Made by a program: the position numbers and the translations under genes | Notes under the pieces: model-generated | Seen by the model: the letters and a program-made list of their open reading frames with translations, nothing else | Databases searched by the model: none | What the model was told of the DNA's origin: nothing | DNA from: Ruminococcus sp. | GTDB lineage: Bacteria > Bacillota > Clostridia > Oscillospirales > Acutalibacteraceae | Direction: 5' to 3' | Length of the DNA stretch: 64,000 nt | Assembly (NCBI GenBank): GCA_045539655.1 | Contig: JAZQFT010000010.1 | Span: 10,884-74,883, forward strand | In this document: positions 28,350 to 38,343 of the stretch, piece after piece | Position numbering within the stretch: the first letter of the stretch is position 1 | Layout: every line of letters starts with the position of its first letter

Positions 28350-28838
28350 TCAGTAACCAAGGGTTGCGTCGAGTGACTCGTCGTTTTGTACCCACTCGTC
28401 AACATAAAGAGCGGTGAATTTATCTTTTGTATTGCGGATGATAACCTTCTTTATGCCTGCGTTGATGATCATACGTTTGCACATAGAGCACGCACAAGCG
28501 TTTTCGACATATGCGCCTGTTTTTGCGTCTTTGCCGACAAGGTAAAGTGTGGAGCCGATCATAGCATCACGTGAAGCGTGGATGATAGCGTTAGCTTCAG
28601 CGTGAACGCTTCGGCACAGCTCGTAGCGTTCGCCACGTGGAATGTTGTTTTGTTCTCTGACACACACGCCCATATCAATACAGTTTTTTCTGCCTCTTGG
28701 TGCACCGACATAACCGGTGGATACAATCTGGTCGTTTTTCACGATGATTGCACCAAAGTTTCGTCTTAGACAGGTTCCACGTTCGAGCACGGTTTCAGCA
28801 ATATCAAGGTAGTAGTTCTTCTTATCAGTTCTCTCCAT
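28350..28838 (-). CDS. dCMP deaminase / ComEB-family zinc deaminase
   Basis: CLRRNFGAIIV, VHAEANAI and CSMCKR zinc motifs. Confidence 0.9.
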   Translation of the reverse strand: MERTDKKNYYLDIAETVLERGTCLRRNFGAIIVKNDQIVSTGYVGAPRGRKNCIDMGVCVREQNNIPRGERYELCRSVHAEANAIIHASRDAMIGSTLYLVGKDAKTGAYVENACACSMCKRMIINAGIKKVIIRNTKDKFTALYVDEWVQNDESLDATLGY

Positions 28839-28895
28839 AATAAATACTCCTAACTAAGAATAATGTTACAAACAAAAATATATATTGTACAAAGG

Positions 28896-29138
28896 TCAGA
28901 TTTCCTTGAGTTCATTGATGCATTTTTCGCAGATGGTTTTGTCCTTGAATCTGACAAGGTCATCGTCGCTACCACAAAAAGCACAAGTCATACAATACTT
29001 TTTCATCAGAATGCCATCAGCCTCGTTGAAGAGCTCAAGGCTGTCACCAAGTTCCAGTTCGTATTTTTTGCGGATAGGTTTTGGGATAACAATACGTCCG
29101 AGTTGGTCGATTTTCAGTATAAAGCCTGCCGGTTTCAT
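28896..29138 (-). CDS. abrB: AbrB-family transcription regulator with C-terminal CxxC..CxxC
   Basis: KIDQLGRIVIPKPIRKK..GDSLE; clostridial-type zinc-ribbon tail. Confidence 0.88.
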   Translation of the reverse strand: MKPAGFILKIDQLGRIVIPKPIRKKYELELGDSLELFNEADGILMKKYCMTCAFCGSDDDLVRFKDKTICEKCINELKEI

Positions 29139-29255
29139 ATGTTTGATCCTCCCTTTTTTATTTCAATTTCATTCTATCAAATGCTGACAGTGGTGTCAAT
29201 GCTTTTTTGACAAAAATATAGCGAATTCGATAAAATCTGATAAAATTAACAAAAG

Positions 29256-29855
29256 GTGGTAAATATGTTATCCTATATATTTGTGTTTATGATAGTCATA
29301 TCTGTTTTGTGTTCGATGATATTCAAGGGCACTCATGAGCTGTCACAGTCGATGCTAGATGGAGCAAGTGAAGCGGTGGAGCTGCTCATTATGATGAGCG
29401 GAATGATGTGTCTGTGGTCGGGGGTGATGGAGGTCGCAAGAAAGGCTCAGCTCACCGACAAGCTTGCAAAGGTGTTTTCGCCTGTGCTCAAAAAGCTCTT
29501 TCCTGACATCAAAAAAGACAGCAAGGCTTTTCAATATATATGTATGAATGTGAGCGCTAATCTGCTTGGGCTTTCAAATGCTGCAACGCCGTTCGGGATT
29601 TCTGCTATGAAAGAGCTCAAAAAGGATTTGCTGAGTGATGAAGCCAGTGACAGTATGGTGACATTTGTTGTGATGAATACAGCGTCAATTCAGCTCATAC
29701 CGACAAATGTTGCGACTCTGCGCTCAGTACTGGGGTCACAATCGCCCTTTGACATAATTTTTTGTGTGTGGGTGACATCTGTTATCGCTCTTGCTGTGGG
29801 GCTGACAGTATCAAAGCTGTGTTGCAAATATGGGAGGAAAAGATGGAGCTTGTGA
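29256..29855 (+). CDS. spmA: Spore maturation protein A
   Basis: MCLWSGVM, NVSANLLGLSNAATPFG, FVVMNTASIQLIPT. Confidence 0.93.
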   Translation: MVNMLSYIFVFMIVISVLCSMIFKGTHELSQSMLDGASEAVELLIMMSGMMCLWSGVMEVARKAQLTDKLAKVFSPVLKKLFPDIKKDSKAFQYICMNVSANLLGLSNAATPFGISAMKELKKDLLSDEASDSMVTFVVMNTASIQLIPTNVATLRSVLGSQSPFDIIFCVWVTSVIALAVGLTVSKLCCKYGRKRWSL

Positions 29856-30349
29856 TGCCGATAGTCATTGCGTTTGTACTTACATATGCACTTGTTAAGA
29901 AGGTGAATGTTTTCGAAGCTTTTACTGACGGTGCAAAAGATGGAATAAAAACGCTTTTTAATATTGCGCCGACGCTCATAGGACTTATAGTATCGGTTAC
30001 TATGCTCAAAGCAAGCGGAGCACTCACAGCTATGTGTGACGTGTTGTCGCCGATATTTTCAAAAATAGGTTTTCCCAGTGAGTTGTTGCCGATGACTTTG
30101 CTTCGACCGGTGTCAGGAGGAGGCTCGACAGCACTGCTCAATCAGGTGCTAAAGAGTAGTGGACCCGACAGCTTTGTCGGACGATGTGCGAGCGTGATTG
30201 CGGGGTCAACGGAAACTACCTTTTATGCGATAACCGTGTATTACGGAGCTGTTAGCATAAAGAAAATCCGCCATACGCTTTTTGCTTCGCTTATGGCGGA
30301 TTTTACGGCTGCTGTAATCGCAGTAGTCAGTGTCAACTTGTTTTATTAG
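29843..30349 (+). CDS. spmB: Spore maturation protein B
   Basis: FEAFTDGAKDG, LLRPVSGGGS, GSTETTFYAITVYYGAV. Start after GGAGG at 29843. Confidence 0.93.
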   Translation: MELVMPIVIAFVLTYALVKKVNVFEAFTDGAKDGIKTLFNIAPTLIGLIVSVTMLKASGALTAMCDVLSPIFSKIGFPSELLPMTLLRPVSGGGSTALLNQVLKSSGPDSFVGRCASVIAGSTETTFYAITVYYGAVSIKKIRHTLFASLMADFTAAVIAVVSVNLFY

Positions 30350-31745
30350 ATGGCTGTCGGATACGAGTGAGCTTGTACAACAGCTCTTTTGGATGAAGTG
30401 GGAACAATGGATACATATAGCTTTTTCCTGAGAGAGTTTTGTTTGTGAAGAGCAGAACGATGTTCAAGACGATGCCACCCACAAAGCCCCAGAAGTTGAA
30501 CAGCCTTGTCAAAATCAGCAGAATAACACGCATAAATTTCAGGCTGTAGCCCAGCTCGTAGCTTGGCTGGCTGTAGTTTGCGATAGTGACAAACGCCATA
30601 TACAGGATAACCTCCATCGAAAACCATCCTGAATCAATCGCAAATTCAGAGAAAGCGATGGCTCCGATGATGGAAAGCGATGCGGACAGGCTGTCAGGAG
30701 TGTTGAGCGCTGCGAGTCGCAGTCCGTCGATGCCGATTTCTATCAGTATAAGCTGCCAGAAAATTGAGATGTTGATATTTTGCATATCGGGGATAACAAA
30801 CTGAAAAACTTCAGGTACAGCATCGGGGTTTTGCACCGCAAGTAACCACAATGGGGTGAGCAGTACCGATACAAATGTGATGAGGTATCTCGCTATTCTG
30901 ATATATGTTCCTGTGATAGGAGGGAAGTAGTAGTCGTCGGCTTCTTCGAGCACTTCGAAAATCGAAGTCGGCAATATCAAAGCAGACGGTGAGTTGTCGA
31001 CCAGAATTATGATGCTTCCTTTGAGGCATACCGCAGCAGCAACATCGGGTCGCTCGGTGTATTTTACCTTTGGGAAAGGGTTGTACCATTTTTTTGGATA
31101 GAGTGCTTCGATGAGGCTTTGTTGGTTCATCGACAGGGACTCTATATCCAGATTTTGTATCTTGTTTTTGATTGTGTTTAGTAGCGTTTTGTCAACCTTA
31201 TTGTCCATATAGCACAGCACAATGTCGGTTTGTGAGGATTTTCCTGCTGATAGCACTGTGGTGGTGAATTTTGGGTCACGGATACGTCGTCTTATCAGAG
31301 CACAGTTGAAAATCAGCGTTTCGACAAAACCGTCTTTAGAGCCTCTGAGCACCTTGTCGTCCTGCGGTTCAGAGGTGGAACGCTGGGGGTAGGTACGCAT
31401 ATCGAGCATAACACATTCTGAAAAACCGTCCACAATAATGCACGAGATACCTGACAGCACGTTTTTGACGACCATATTGATGTCGCCCATAACATCTACC
31501 TCGACATAAGGCACACAGTATGACGCAAAGGTGCGTGCGTCTTTTGTGATATCATCACTTGTGTTCTGGTAGAAGTATTCCATGATGTGTTCCATGGTAT
31601 CGTCTTTTACAAAGCCATCGATGTAGAACATGACGGCCTGCTTTTGTTGCAGGGTGATTTTTCTTTCGATGATGTCAAAGCACTGGTCACTGCGTAACGC
31701 TTCTTTGAGTATGCGTCTGTTTTCTTCGAAATTGTTGCTTAACAT
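30333..31745 (-). CDS. GerA-family spore germination protein (SpoVAF-like)
   Basis: EPQDDKVLRGSKDGFVE, NCALIRRRIRD, YTERPD, VDNSP and a multi-TM C-terminal half. Probable start MLSNN at 31745. Confidence 0.88.
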   Translation of the reverse strand: MLSNNFEENRRILKEALRSDQCFDIIERKITLQQKQAVMFYIDGFVKDDTMEHIMEYFYQNTSDDITKDARTFASYCVPYVEVDVMGDINMVVKNVLSGISCIIVDGFSECVMLDMRTYPQRSTSEPQDDKVLRGSKDGFVETLIFNCALIRRRIRDPKFTTTVLSAGKSSQTDIVLCYMDNKVDKTLLNTIKNKIQNLDIESLSMNQQSLIEALYPKKWYNPFPKVKYTERPDVAAAVCLKGSIIILVDNSPSALILPTSIFEVLEEADDYYFPPITGTYIRIARYLITFVSVLLTPLWLLAVQNPDAVPEVFQFVIPDMQNINISIFWQLILIEIGIDGLRLAALNTPDSLSASLSIIGAIAFSEFAIDSGWFSMEVILYMAFVTIANYSQPSYELGYSLKFMRVILLILTRLFNFWGFVGGIVLNIVLLFTNKTLSGKSYMYPLFPLHPKELLYKLTRIRQPSNKTS

Positions 31746-31824
31746 TTTATCTGTCCTAACATAAAGTGTTACTATATCATACCCTGAAAACAAAGTTTTT
31801 ATAGAAATTTTAAGAAATTTTTCT

Positions 31825-31852
31825 AAAAGTTGCATAGTTTTATGCAACTTTT
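31825..31852. promoter_or_regulatory. Perfect 12-bp inverted repeat upstream of the particle operon (operator or attenuator)
   Basis: AAAAGTTGCATA-gttt-TATGCAACTTTT followed by a T-rich tract, 47 nt before the terS start. Confidence 0.6.
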
Positions 31853-31899
31853 TTCATTTTTTCAGGTTTAAGTGAAACCAGTTTGAAAGGAATGATACT

Positions 31900-32403
31900 T
31901 TGAAGAATAAGGATAGTGGGCTTACTCAGCGTGAAAAACTGTTCTGTGTATGTTTTGCAAGCACTGCAGACATAGAACACTCAGCAAAGTGCGCCGGGTA
32001 CGACAAAGAGCCACTGAAAAAAGGACAAGCGTTGTTATTAAAACCTGAGGTTGCTGACGAAATAGTGTCGCTTTCCAAAAACCGAGAGCGTGCTATGAGT
32101 GAGGTGACACAGCTTTTTTATGAGAGGCTGGCGTTTGGGAGCATAGCAGATGCAGTGAGCCTTTTGTATATGGACTCTCCCACAAAAGAACAGTTGAGCA
32201 AAATGGATCTGTATATGGTTCAGGAAATCAAAAAGCCAAAGGACGGTGCAATGGAGATAAAGTTTTTTGACAGACTCAAAGCGCTGGAGAAAATAGCTCA
32301 AAGCAGAGAGGATACAAAACAAGTGAGCAGCTCGCTCGTTGAGGCTTTGTATCAGGGCGCACAAAAAATAAGTGATTGTGCGGGTGAGAGCATTGAGCTA
32401 TAA
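31900..32403 (+). CDS. Terminase small subunit
   Basis: LTQREKLFC..SAKCAGY..GQALLLKPEV is the HTH pattern of phage TerS; AAAGGA RBS with TTG start. Confidence 0.8.
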   Translation: MKNKDSGLTQREKLFCVCFASTADIEHSAKCAGYDKEPLKKGQALLLKPEVADEIVSLSKNRERAMSEVTQLFYERLAFGSIADAVSLLYMDSPTKEQLSKMDLYMVQEIKKPKDGAMEIKFFDRLKALEKIAQSREDTKQVSSSLVEALYQGAQKISDCAGESIEL

Positions 32404-33646
32404 ACCTTTTTCAAAAAAGCAGATGCTCGCACTCACATGGTGGATGGAAAATTCGAAGTACAAAAGCTGCGACGCTGTGATCTGTGACGGGGCTGTCAGA
32501 TCAGGCAAGACTTTCTGTATGTCGCTGTCGTTTGTGCTGTGGGCATTCTCAGCCTTTTCTGATTCGTCTTTTGCGTTGTGTGGAAAAACTATACGCTCAC
32601 TAAGGCGAAATCTTGTCACTGAGCTTATTTCTCCGCTTTCTGAGCTTGGCTTTGAAATCACTGACAAACACAGCGAAAATATGCTGATTCTAAGCTACCA
32701 CAACAGAGTTAACCGCTTTTATCTTTTTGGTGGCAAGGACGAGGGGTCTGCCTCGCTGATTCAGGGTATGACGTTGTGTGGGATTTTGCTTGATGAGGTA
32801 GCGCTGATGCCACGGTCTTTTGTCGAGCAGGCCTTGGCACGTTGCTCAGTATCAGGCTCTACTTTTTGGTTCAACTGTAATCCTGAGTATCCGTCCCACT
32901 GGTTTTATAATGAGTGGATAAAAAAAGCAAAACAAAAGAACGCTTTGTATATCCATTTCACAATGCAGGACAACCCATCTCTTTCCAAAAAGATGATAAA
33001 ACGCTACGAAAAAATGTATTCGGGTGCGTTTTTCAGACGCTTTGTGAAAGGTGAGTGGGTTGCAGTCAACGGTGCTGTGTATCCGTTTATGGAGCACAGC
33101 GATGCGTTCCCTGATGTTCCAAAAGGCGACTTCGAGAGTTATGCGGTGTCGTGTGACTATGGCACCGTGAACCCTGCGTCGTTTGGGCTATGGGGAAAGA
33201 AAAACGATGTGTGGTACAGGATTGATGAGTATTATTTTGACTCAAAAAAAGAGGGCTACCAACGCACAGACGAAGAGCATTACAACGCATTGTGTGAGCT
33301 CATAGGTAGCAAAGAAGTTTCTCTCATAGCAGTAGACCCGTCAGCGGCAAGCTTTATTGAGGTAATCAAAAGGCACGAAGAATTTAGCGTAGTGCCAGCA
33401 CAAAACAACGTTATCGACGGAATACGCTGTGTGAGCTCAGCTTTAAAAGATAAACGAATCATCATATGTAACAACTGCAAAGCATCGATAAGAGAGTTCT
33501 CCCTTTACAGATGGAGCGAAAACTCAAAAAACGATGCTGTAGTAAAACAAAATGACCACGCTATGGATGACATAAGATATTTTGTCACCACGATTATGAA
33601 CGGCGAGGACGACTCTTTTGTCGCTCTGGCTGCAAAAAGATATTAG
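32372..33646 (+). CDS. Terminase large subunit (PBSX-like)
   Basis: Walker A DGAVRSGKT, Walker B LLDE, coupling motif NCNP; nuclease acidic residues in CDYG, VDPS and NDHAMD. Confidence 0.92.
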   Translation: MIVRVRALSYKPFSKKQMLALTWWMENSKYKSCDAVICDGAVRSGKTFCMSLSFVLWAFSAFSDSSFALCGKTIRSLRRNLVTELISPLSELGFEITDKHSENMLILSYHNRVNRFYLFGGKDEGSASLIQGMTLCGILLDEVALMPRSFVEQALARCSVSGSTFWFNCNPEYPSHWFYNEWIKKAKQKNALYIHFTMQDNPSLSKKMIKRYEKMYSGAFFRRFVKGEWVAVNGAVYPFMEHSDAFPDVPKGDFESYAVSCDYGTVNPASFGLWGKKNDVWYRIDEYYFDSKKEGYQRTDEEHYNALCELIGSKEVSLIAVDPSAASFIEVIKRHEEFSVVPAQNNVIDGIRCVSSALKDKRIIICNNCKASIREFSLYRWSENSKNDAVVKQNDHAMDDIRYFVTTIMNGEDDSFVALAAKRY

Positions 33647-33665
33647 TGCCACAGGAGGTAATATA

Positions 33666-34820
33666 TTGAAATTATTTTCTGCAAAAAAGAAAAGCACAGC
33701 AGATGCTACAGTACAGACCTCTCTGTCGAGTACAAACTCCCATCCGTTTTATTCGCTTGATAACTACAACCCGTACTGTGAAAAGCAACTTGAGCTGTAC
33801 AGCTCTTTGCGTGAAGCGGTGCCGGTCATCGATGCGGCTATATCAAAGCTCATAAGGCTTATAGGTACATTCACAGTACAGTGTGAGCAAAAACAGGCTC
33901 AAAAAGCGCTCGAGAGCTTTCTGAATAATGTGCAGGTAAACAACTGTTCATATGGTGTGATGAACTTTATCTACACTTATTTTGATCAGCTGCTCACATA
34001 CGGAACAGCAGTATCGGAGATAGTGCTGTCAAATGACAGAAAAAGTATCCGTGCGCTTTATAATGCGTCACTCAAAGATGTTGAGCTCAGACGTAGCAAA
34101 AACAATCTGGGTGTGACAGTGTGCGTCAAAAACGCTGACGGTACATTGAGTGAAGCAAAGTATCAGGATTTAATTTTTGTAGGGCTCTTGAATCCGACAC
34201 CAGGCACACTGCAGGGCACATCTATACTCAAGGGACTTCCGTTTGTAAGCTCTATATTGCTCAAGATTTTCAACACAATCGGTGTGAATTTTGAGCGTAT
34301 AGGTAACGTGAGATTTGCGGTCACATACAGACCGCCCGAAAACTCTCACGTCAGCACAAAACAGCGTGTACAGGAAATTGCAACCCAGTGGAGCAAAGCT
34401 ATGCGTGACAAAACTCAGGTGAGCGACTTTGTGTCTGTGGGAGATGTATCGGTGAAGGTCATCGGTGCGGATAATCAGGTGCTCTCGTGTGATATCGAGA
34501 TTCGACATCTACTCGAACAGATAGTATCAAAGCTGTGCATACCTCCGTTTTTGTTGGGCCTTTCGTGGAGCTCAACCGAGCGAATGAGTGCTCAACAGGC
34601 GGATATTTTGACAAGTGAGCTTGAGTATTACAGAACTCTCATTAACCCGCTTATCACAAAGATTTGCAGATACTTTTTGAGACTCAACGGCTATAGTGAC
34701 GAGTTTTCTATCAACTGGAGCAACATCAGTCTTTTAGACGAAACAGAGCTCGCACAAGCGAGACTTCACAATGCTCAGGCAAAACAGATTGAATCTACAC
34801 TTGCGGAGGTGAAAGATTGA
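33666..34820 (+). CDS. Portal protein
   Basis: Position after terL; ~385 aa; LYSSLREAVPVIDAAI..L, IPPFLLG and LEYYR..I.P.I patterns. Start after AGGAGG at 33666. Confidence 0.8.
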   Translation: MKLFSAKKKSTADATVQTSLSSTNSHPFYSLDNYNPYCEKQLELYSSLREAVPVIDAAISKLIRLIGTFTVQCEQKQAQKALESFLNNVQVNNCSYGVMNFIYTYFDQLLTYGTAVSEIVLSNDRKSIRALYNASLKDVELRRSKNNLGVTVCVKNADGTLSEAKYQDLIFVGLLNPTPGTLQGTSILKGLPFVSSILLKIFNTIGVNFERIGNVRFAVTYRPPENSHVSTKQRVQEIATQWSKAMRDKTQVSDFVSVGDVSVKVIGADNQVLSCDIEIRHLLEQIVSKLCIPPFLLGLSWSSTERMSAQQADILTSELEYYRTLINPLITKICRYFLRLNGYSDEFSINWSNISLLDETELAQARLHNAQAKQIESTLAEVKD

Positions 34821-35806
34821 AAACAGGCAAAGTGATAAAATGTGCTGACACATCAGTCAGCGAAAACGACCTAAGTTTAATCAACAAATACACTCGCAGA
34901 GAGCTCACAGCACAAGACGTGTATGTGTTTTCTGTAGTGCTGTGTGATAACGATATTGACAGAGATTTCGAACGATTCACTGTCGAATCGCTCTTTGAAC
35001 TGGAAAAGCTTTTTGTCGGAAAAACAGGTATTTTCGACCACAACCCGAGTGCAACTAACCAGACAGCACGAATTTTTTCTTGTAAGGTTGAGCACGTTGA
35101 GGGCAAAAAAACCGCAACAGGCGATGATTATTTCCGCCTTGTTGCAAAAGCATATATACCAAAAAGCGAAGGAAATACTGACATTATTCTGAGCCTTGAC
35201 TCCGGCATCATCAAGGAGGTCAGTGTCGGCTGTGCAGTGAAGAGCACGCTGTGCTCAATTTGTTCCAACGACATTTCTTCAACGATGTGCCATCACGTGA
35301 AAGGAAAAGAGTATCACAAGAAGCTATGCTACGGAGAGCTGGACGGTGTTATAGATGCATATGAGTTCAGCTTTGTAGCAGTACCGGCGCAGAAAAACGC
35401 AGGTGTAATCAAGGCTTTCTCAGAAAGCAAAAGGGAGAATAAAAATATGAAGGACATACTTGTAGCAATAAAAAAGGGCGAAGACGTGACACTCAAATCA
35501 CATCAGTCAAAAAGCCTGTGCGAATATATCGCTCAGCTTGAAGAAAAAGCGAAAGACGGCGAGCTCTATAAAGAGAATCTCAAAAAAAGCGTTGTCAGGC
35601 TGATGGGTGTTTTTCAGCCGAATATTTCGACAGATACTTTACACAGCATTGTCGAAAAGCTGACTGTACAGGAACTTTCAACGCTGAAAGAAGCGTACAA
35701 AGAGTCAGCCACCCAATGCGAAAAAATCGCCCCACAGCTCGGTGTTAGCGAAAGCTCAAAAGATGCTGTGAAAAAATCTGATAAAAACAATCAGTTTACT
35801 ATTTAA
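34817..35806 (+). CDS. Prohead protease fused to C-terminal coiled-coil scaffold
   Basis: DIDRDFERF, FDHN (His), KEVSVG (Ser) and YEFSFVAVPAQ motifs; helical C-terminus. Confidence 0.75.
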   Translation: MKTGKVIKCADTSVSENDLSLINKYTRRELTAQDVYVFSVVLCDNDIDRDFERFTVESLFELEKLFVGKTGIFDHNPSATNQTARIFSCKVEHVEGKKTATGDDYFRLVAKAYIPKSEGNTDIILSLDSGIIKEVSVGCAVKSTLCSICSNDISSTMCHHVKGKEYHKKLCYGELDGVIDAYEFSFVAVPAQKNAGVIKAFSESKRENKNMKDILVAIKKGEDVTLKSHQSKSLCEYIAQLEEKAKDGELYKENLKKSVVRLMGVFQPNISTDTLHSIVEKLTVQELSTLKEAYKESATQCEKIAPQLGVSESSKDAVKKSDKNNQFTI

Positions 35807-35818
35807 CAGGAGGAAATT

Positions 35819-36154
35819 ATGAATATCAATTTTTCAGGTTATAACGAAAACGTAGTCACCTTTGAAGTAGCAGGAACAGATGTTACTATGGGCACACCCG
35901 TCAAGATGAGCTCGTCTGCTACTGTTACAAAGTGTAGCGACGGTGACAATATGATAGGTGTAGCGGTGAATGTACGCAACGGTTACGCTGCGGTACAGCT
36001 CACAGGCTATATCGAAATGCCTACAGAAGACACAATCTCAGTCGGCTACCAGACTCTTTCTGTAAACGAAAATGGTACGGTAGAAGTGAGTTCAACAGGC
36101 AGAGAGTACCTTGTTACTTATGCACAGCAGGGTATCGTAGGCTTTATTCTTTAA
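35819..36154 (+). CDS. Head decoration/cement protein (DUF2190-like)
   Basis: 111 aa beta-rich ORF between protease and capsid (G.PVKM...V......IGVA....G.AAVQL.G). Confidence 0.6.
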   Translation: MNINFSGYNENVVTFEVAGTDVTMGTPVKMSSSATVTKCSDGDNMIGVAVNVRNGYAAVQLTGYIEMPTEDTISVGYQTLSVNENGTVEVSSTGREYLVTYAQQGIVGFIL

Positions 36155-36174
36155 TTTGAAAGGAAGGAAAAACA

Positions 36175-37185
36175 ATGGCATTATACGAAAATCTAAACCT
36201 TGAAAAAGGTATGTATCAGGCTAAGGGCAAATCTTTGACTGACGTGCTCGAAGCCCTAGACCCATCTGATAACTATGTGGGTACACCGCTTGAAAATCTG
36301 GACGCTTTTTCTCGTCAGCTCAAGCGTTTTGACATCAAAGTATCAGGAGAGGGCTCGGACTGTGTTGAAAAGTTCTTCCAGTCATCAAACTCAGCAGCGC
36401 TTTTTCCTGAATATGTTTCCCGTGCTGTAAAGCAGGGTATGCAAGACGCTGACATCCTCTCTGACATTGTAGCAACTGTTACAACAATCGACGGTATGGA
36501 CTACAGATCTATCACATCTGATCCTGCTGAAGACGACAAGTCGCTCGCTGTTGTAAACGAGGGTGCATACATTCCACAGACAGTTGTGAAAACAAACGAA
36601 AATCTCGTCAAGCTCCACAAACGAGGCAGAATGCTCGTGTCATCATACGAAGCACTCCGTTTTCAGCGACTTGACCTTTTCACAGTAACACTCAAGCAGA
36701 TTGGTGCATATATTGCCAGAGCACAGCTCAAAGATGCAGTTGACACTATCCTAAACGGTGATGGCAACAACAATGCGTGCGGTTCTATCGAGAGTGCGAC
36801 CGCTGACAAACTAGAATATGCTGATCTCATTTCACTTTGGGCAACTCTTTCTCCGTATCAGCTCAACACTGTCTTGGCACCAACAGATGCTATGAAAAAG
36901 ATTTTGTCCCTTGCTGAGATGAAAGATGCTGCTGCAGGACTCAACTTCCAGGGTAGCGGAAAGATGGTCACACCACTGGGTGCCAACCTCTTGCACACAA
37001 ATGCTATCACATCGGACCTCATCATCGGTCTTGACAAAAACTGTGCTCTTGAGATGGTGAAAGCGGGCGACGTTGTCACTGACTACGACAAGCTCATCGA
37101 CAGACAGCTTGAACGTGCAACTGTCAGCTGTATCGCAGGCTTTGCAAAGATTTTCAAAGACGCATCAGTGAAGCTTACATACTAA
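36175..37185 (+). CDS. Major capsid protein (HK97 fold)
   Basis: 336 aa after a strong RBS; V.EG..IP, K.GR....SYE.L, ..I..Q..RA...A..TI.NGDG and DKLIDRQ patterns. Confidence 0.82.
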   Translation: MALYENLNLEKGMYQAKGKSLTDVLEALDPSDNYVGTPLENLDAFSRQLKRFDIKVSGEGSDCVEKFFQSSNSAALFPEYVSRAVKQGMQDADILSDIVATVTTIDGMDYRSITSDPAEDDKSLAVVNEGAYIPQTVVKTNENLVKLHKRGRMLVSSYEALRFQRLDLFTVTLKQIGAYIARAQLKDAVDTILNGDGNNNACGSIESATADKLEYADLISLWATLSPYQLNTVLAPTDAMKKILSLAEMKDAAAGLNFQGSGKMVTPLGANLLHTNAITSDLIIGLDKNCALEMVKAGDVVTDYDKLIDRQLERATVSCIAGFAKIFKDASVKLTY

Positions 37186-37191
37186 AGGCAG

Positions 37192-37563
37192 GTGGACACC
37201 TTGAGTTTAAAAGATGTGCTGGACAGATTTGCTCTGGTGTCAGGCCTTGAGCAAGAAGAAATTTCCAAGTGGATTTTTGTTATCACTGACTGCATAAAAT
37301 ACTTTGAGAGCAGGCTCAATACAAAATCACTCAGCGACGTTCAGAAAAGAAGACTCACACACGCGTGTGCGGTGTATTCGTACTATAAGTACACGCTGAT
37401 GACCTTTGCATCAAAAAGTGCGAAATTCAAAGCGGGTGACATCGAAATCACACACAGCGAAAATATGCTTGATTATGCCCACTCGATGTGGCAACAGGAG
37501 AAAAGCGAGATCGTCGATATCATTGATTTTGACGACTTTTGTTTTTGCAGGGTGAGAGTATGA
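37192..37563 (+). CDS. Head-tail connector (adaptor)
   Basis: Helical 123 aa immediately after the capsid gene; GDIEI motif; assigned mainly by synteny. Confidence 0.55.
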   Translation: MDTLSLKDVLDRFALVSGLEQEEISKWIFVITDCIKYFESRLNTKSLSDVQKRRLTHACAVYSYYKYTLMTFASKSAKFKAGDIEITHSENMLDYAHSMWQQEKSEIVDIIDFDDFCFCRVRV

Positions 37564-37919
37564 GCTTTCATAAAAGTGTAAAAAACCTCATAGAAAACTA
37601 TGGTAGCGATGTCACCATAAAAAGAGACGAAACTTCGGTGCACACAAAAGCGTTTATTCAGCCGCTGAGGTATAAAAACAACGTTAGTAACGATATATCT
37701 ATTACTATGGGTGGTTTTTCGGACGGAAGATATTACCTGTATATCGGAAAGGCAGAAAATGAATTTATCAGAGCAGATGATGCAATAATTTTATGTAACG
37801 GTAGAAAATATACTGTACATACAAGCGAAAGATTTGAGCTGTATGACAAGGTACTCTATGTGTGGGCGGTGCTAAAACCGTACAAAAGTCTGAGGAGCGA
37901 TGATTTTGAAACAAATTGA
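37560..37919 (+). CDS. Head closure protein
   Basis: Beta-rich ~120 aa (AFIQPL..YLYIG..D.I...G.KY.V..YVWAVL); synteny. Confidence 0.5.
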   Translation: MSFHKSVKNLIENYGSDVTIKRDETSVHTKAFIQPLRYKNNVSNDISITMGGFSDGRYYLYIGKAENEFIRADDAIILCNGRKYTVHTSERFELYDKVLYVWAVLKPYKSLRSDDFETN

Positions 37920-38343
37920 AGACTATATCAATGAGCTGATGCTCAAAATAAAGAAAGATGACTCGCTGTCACAATATTGCTTTGTGAAAGGGTTTTCGGC
38001 ACGTGAGTTTCCTAATCCGCTGACAGATTACGTGATAGCGGTTTCAACGCTCGATACTCAGGTCGGCGTTGAGTTTTTTGGAGAAACTGTGGGAGATAAT
38101 CTTTGTGGCAGTATGTATAATGCGACGCTTAAATTCAGGGTGTATGCTCAAAAAAACGAGGGTGGCGAGGGGCTTTTGGCCCTCGCACACACCTTGTGTG
38201 AGGCACTCAAGAAAAACGATAGCGAAAATACGATACAAAACATCACCACATCATCAATATCCTTTGATAATGATGCTATGACCGTGTACAGAGATGTTGT
38301 TGCAGAGCTTTCGTTTTGTCTTTATGAGGAGGTTACAGTATGA
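37900..38343 (+). CDS. Tail terminator/completion protein
   Basis: 147 aa; synteny between neck and tube genes. Confidence 0.5.
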   Translation: MILKQIEDYINELMLKIKKDDSLSQYCFVKGFSAREFPNPLTDYVIAVSTLDTQVGVEFFGETVGDNLCGSMYNATLKFRVYAQKNEGGEGLLALAHTLCEALKKNDSENTIQNITTSSISFDNDAMTVYRDVVAELSFCLYEEVTV

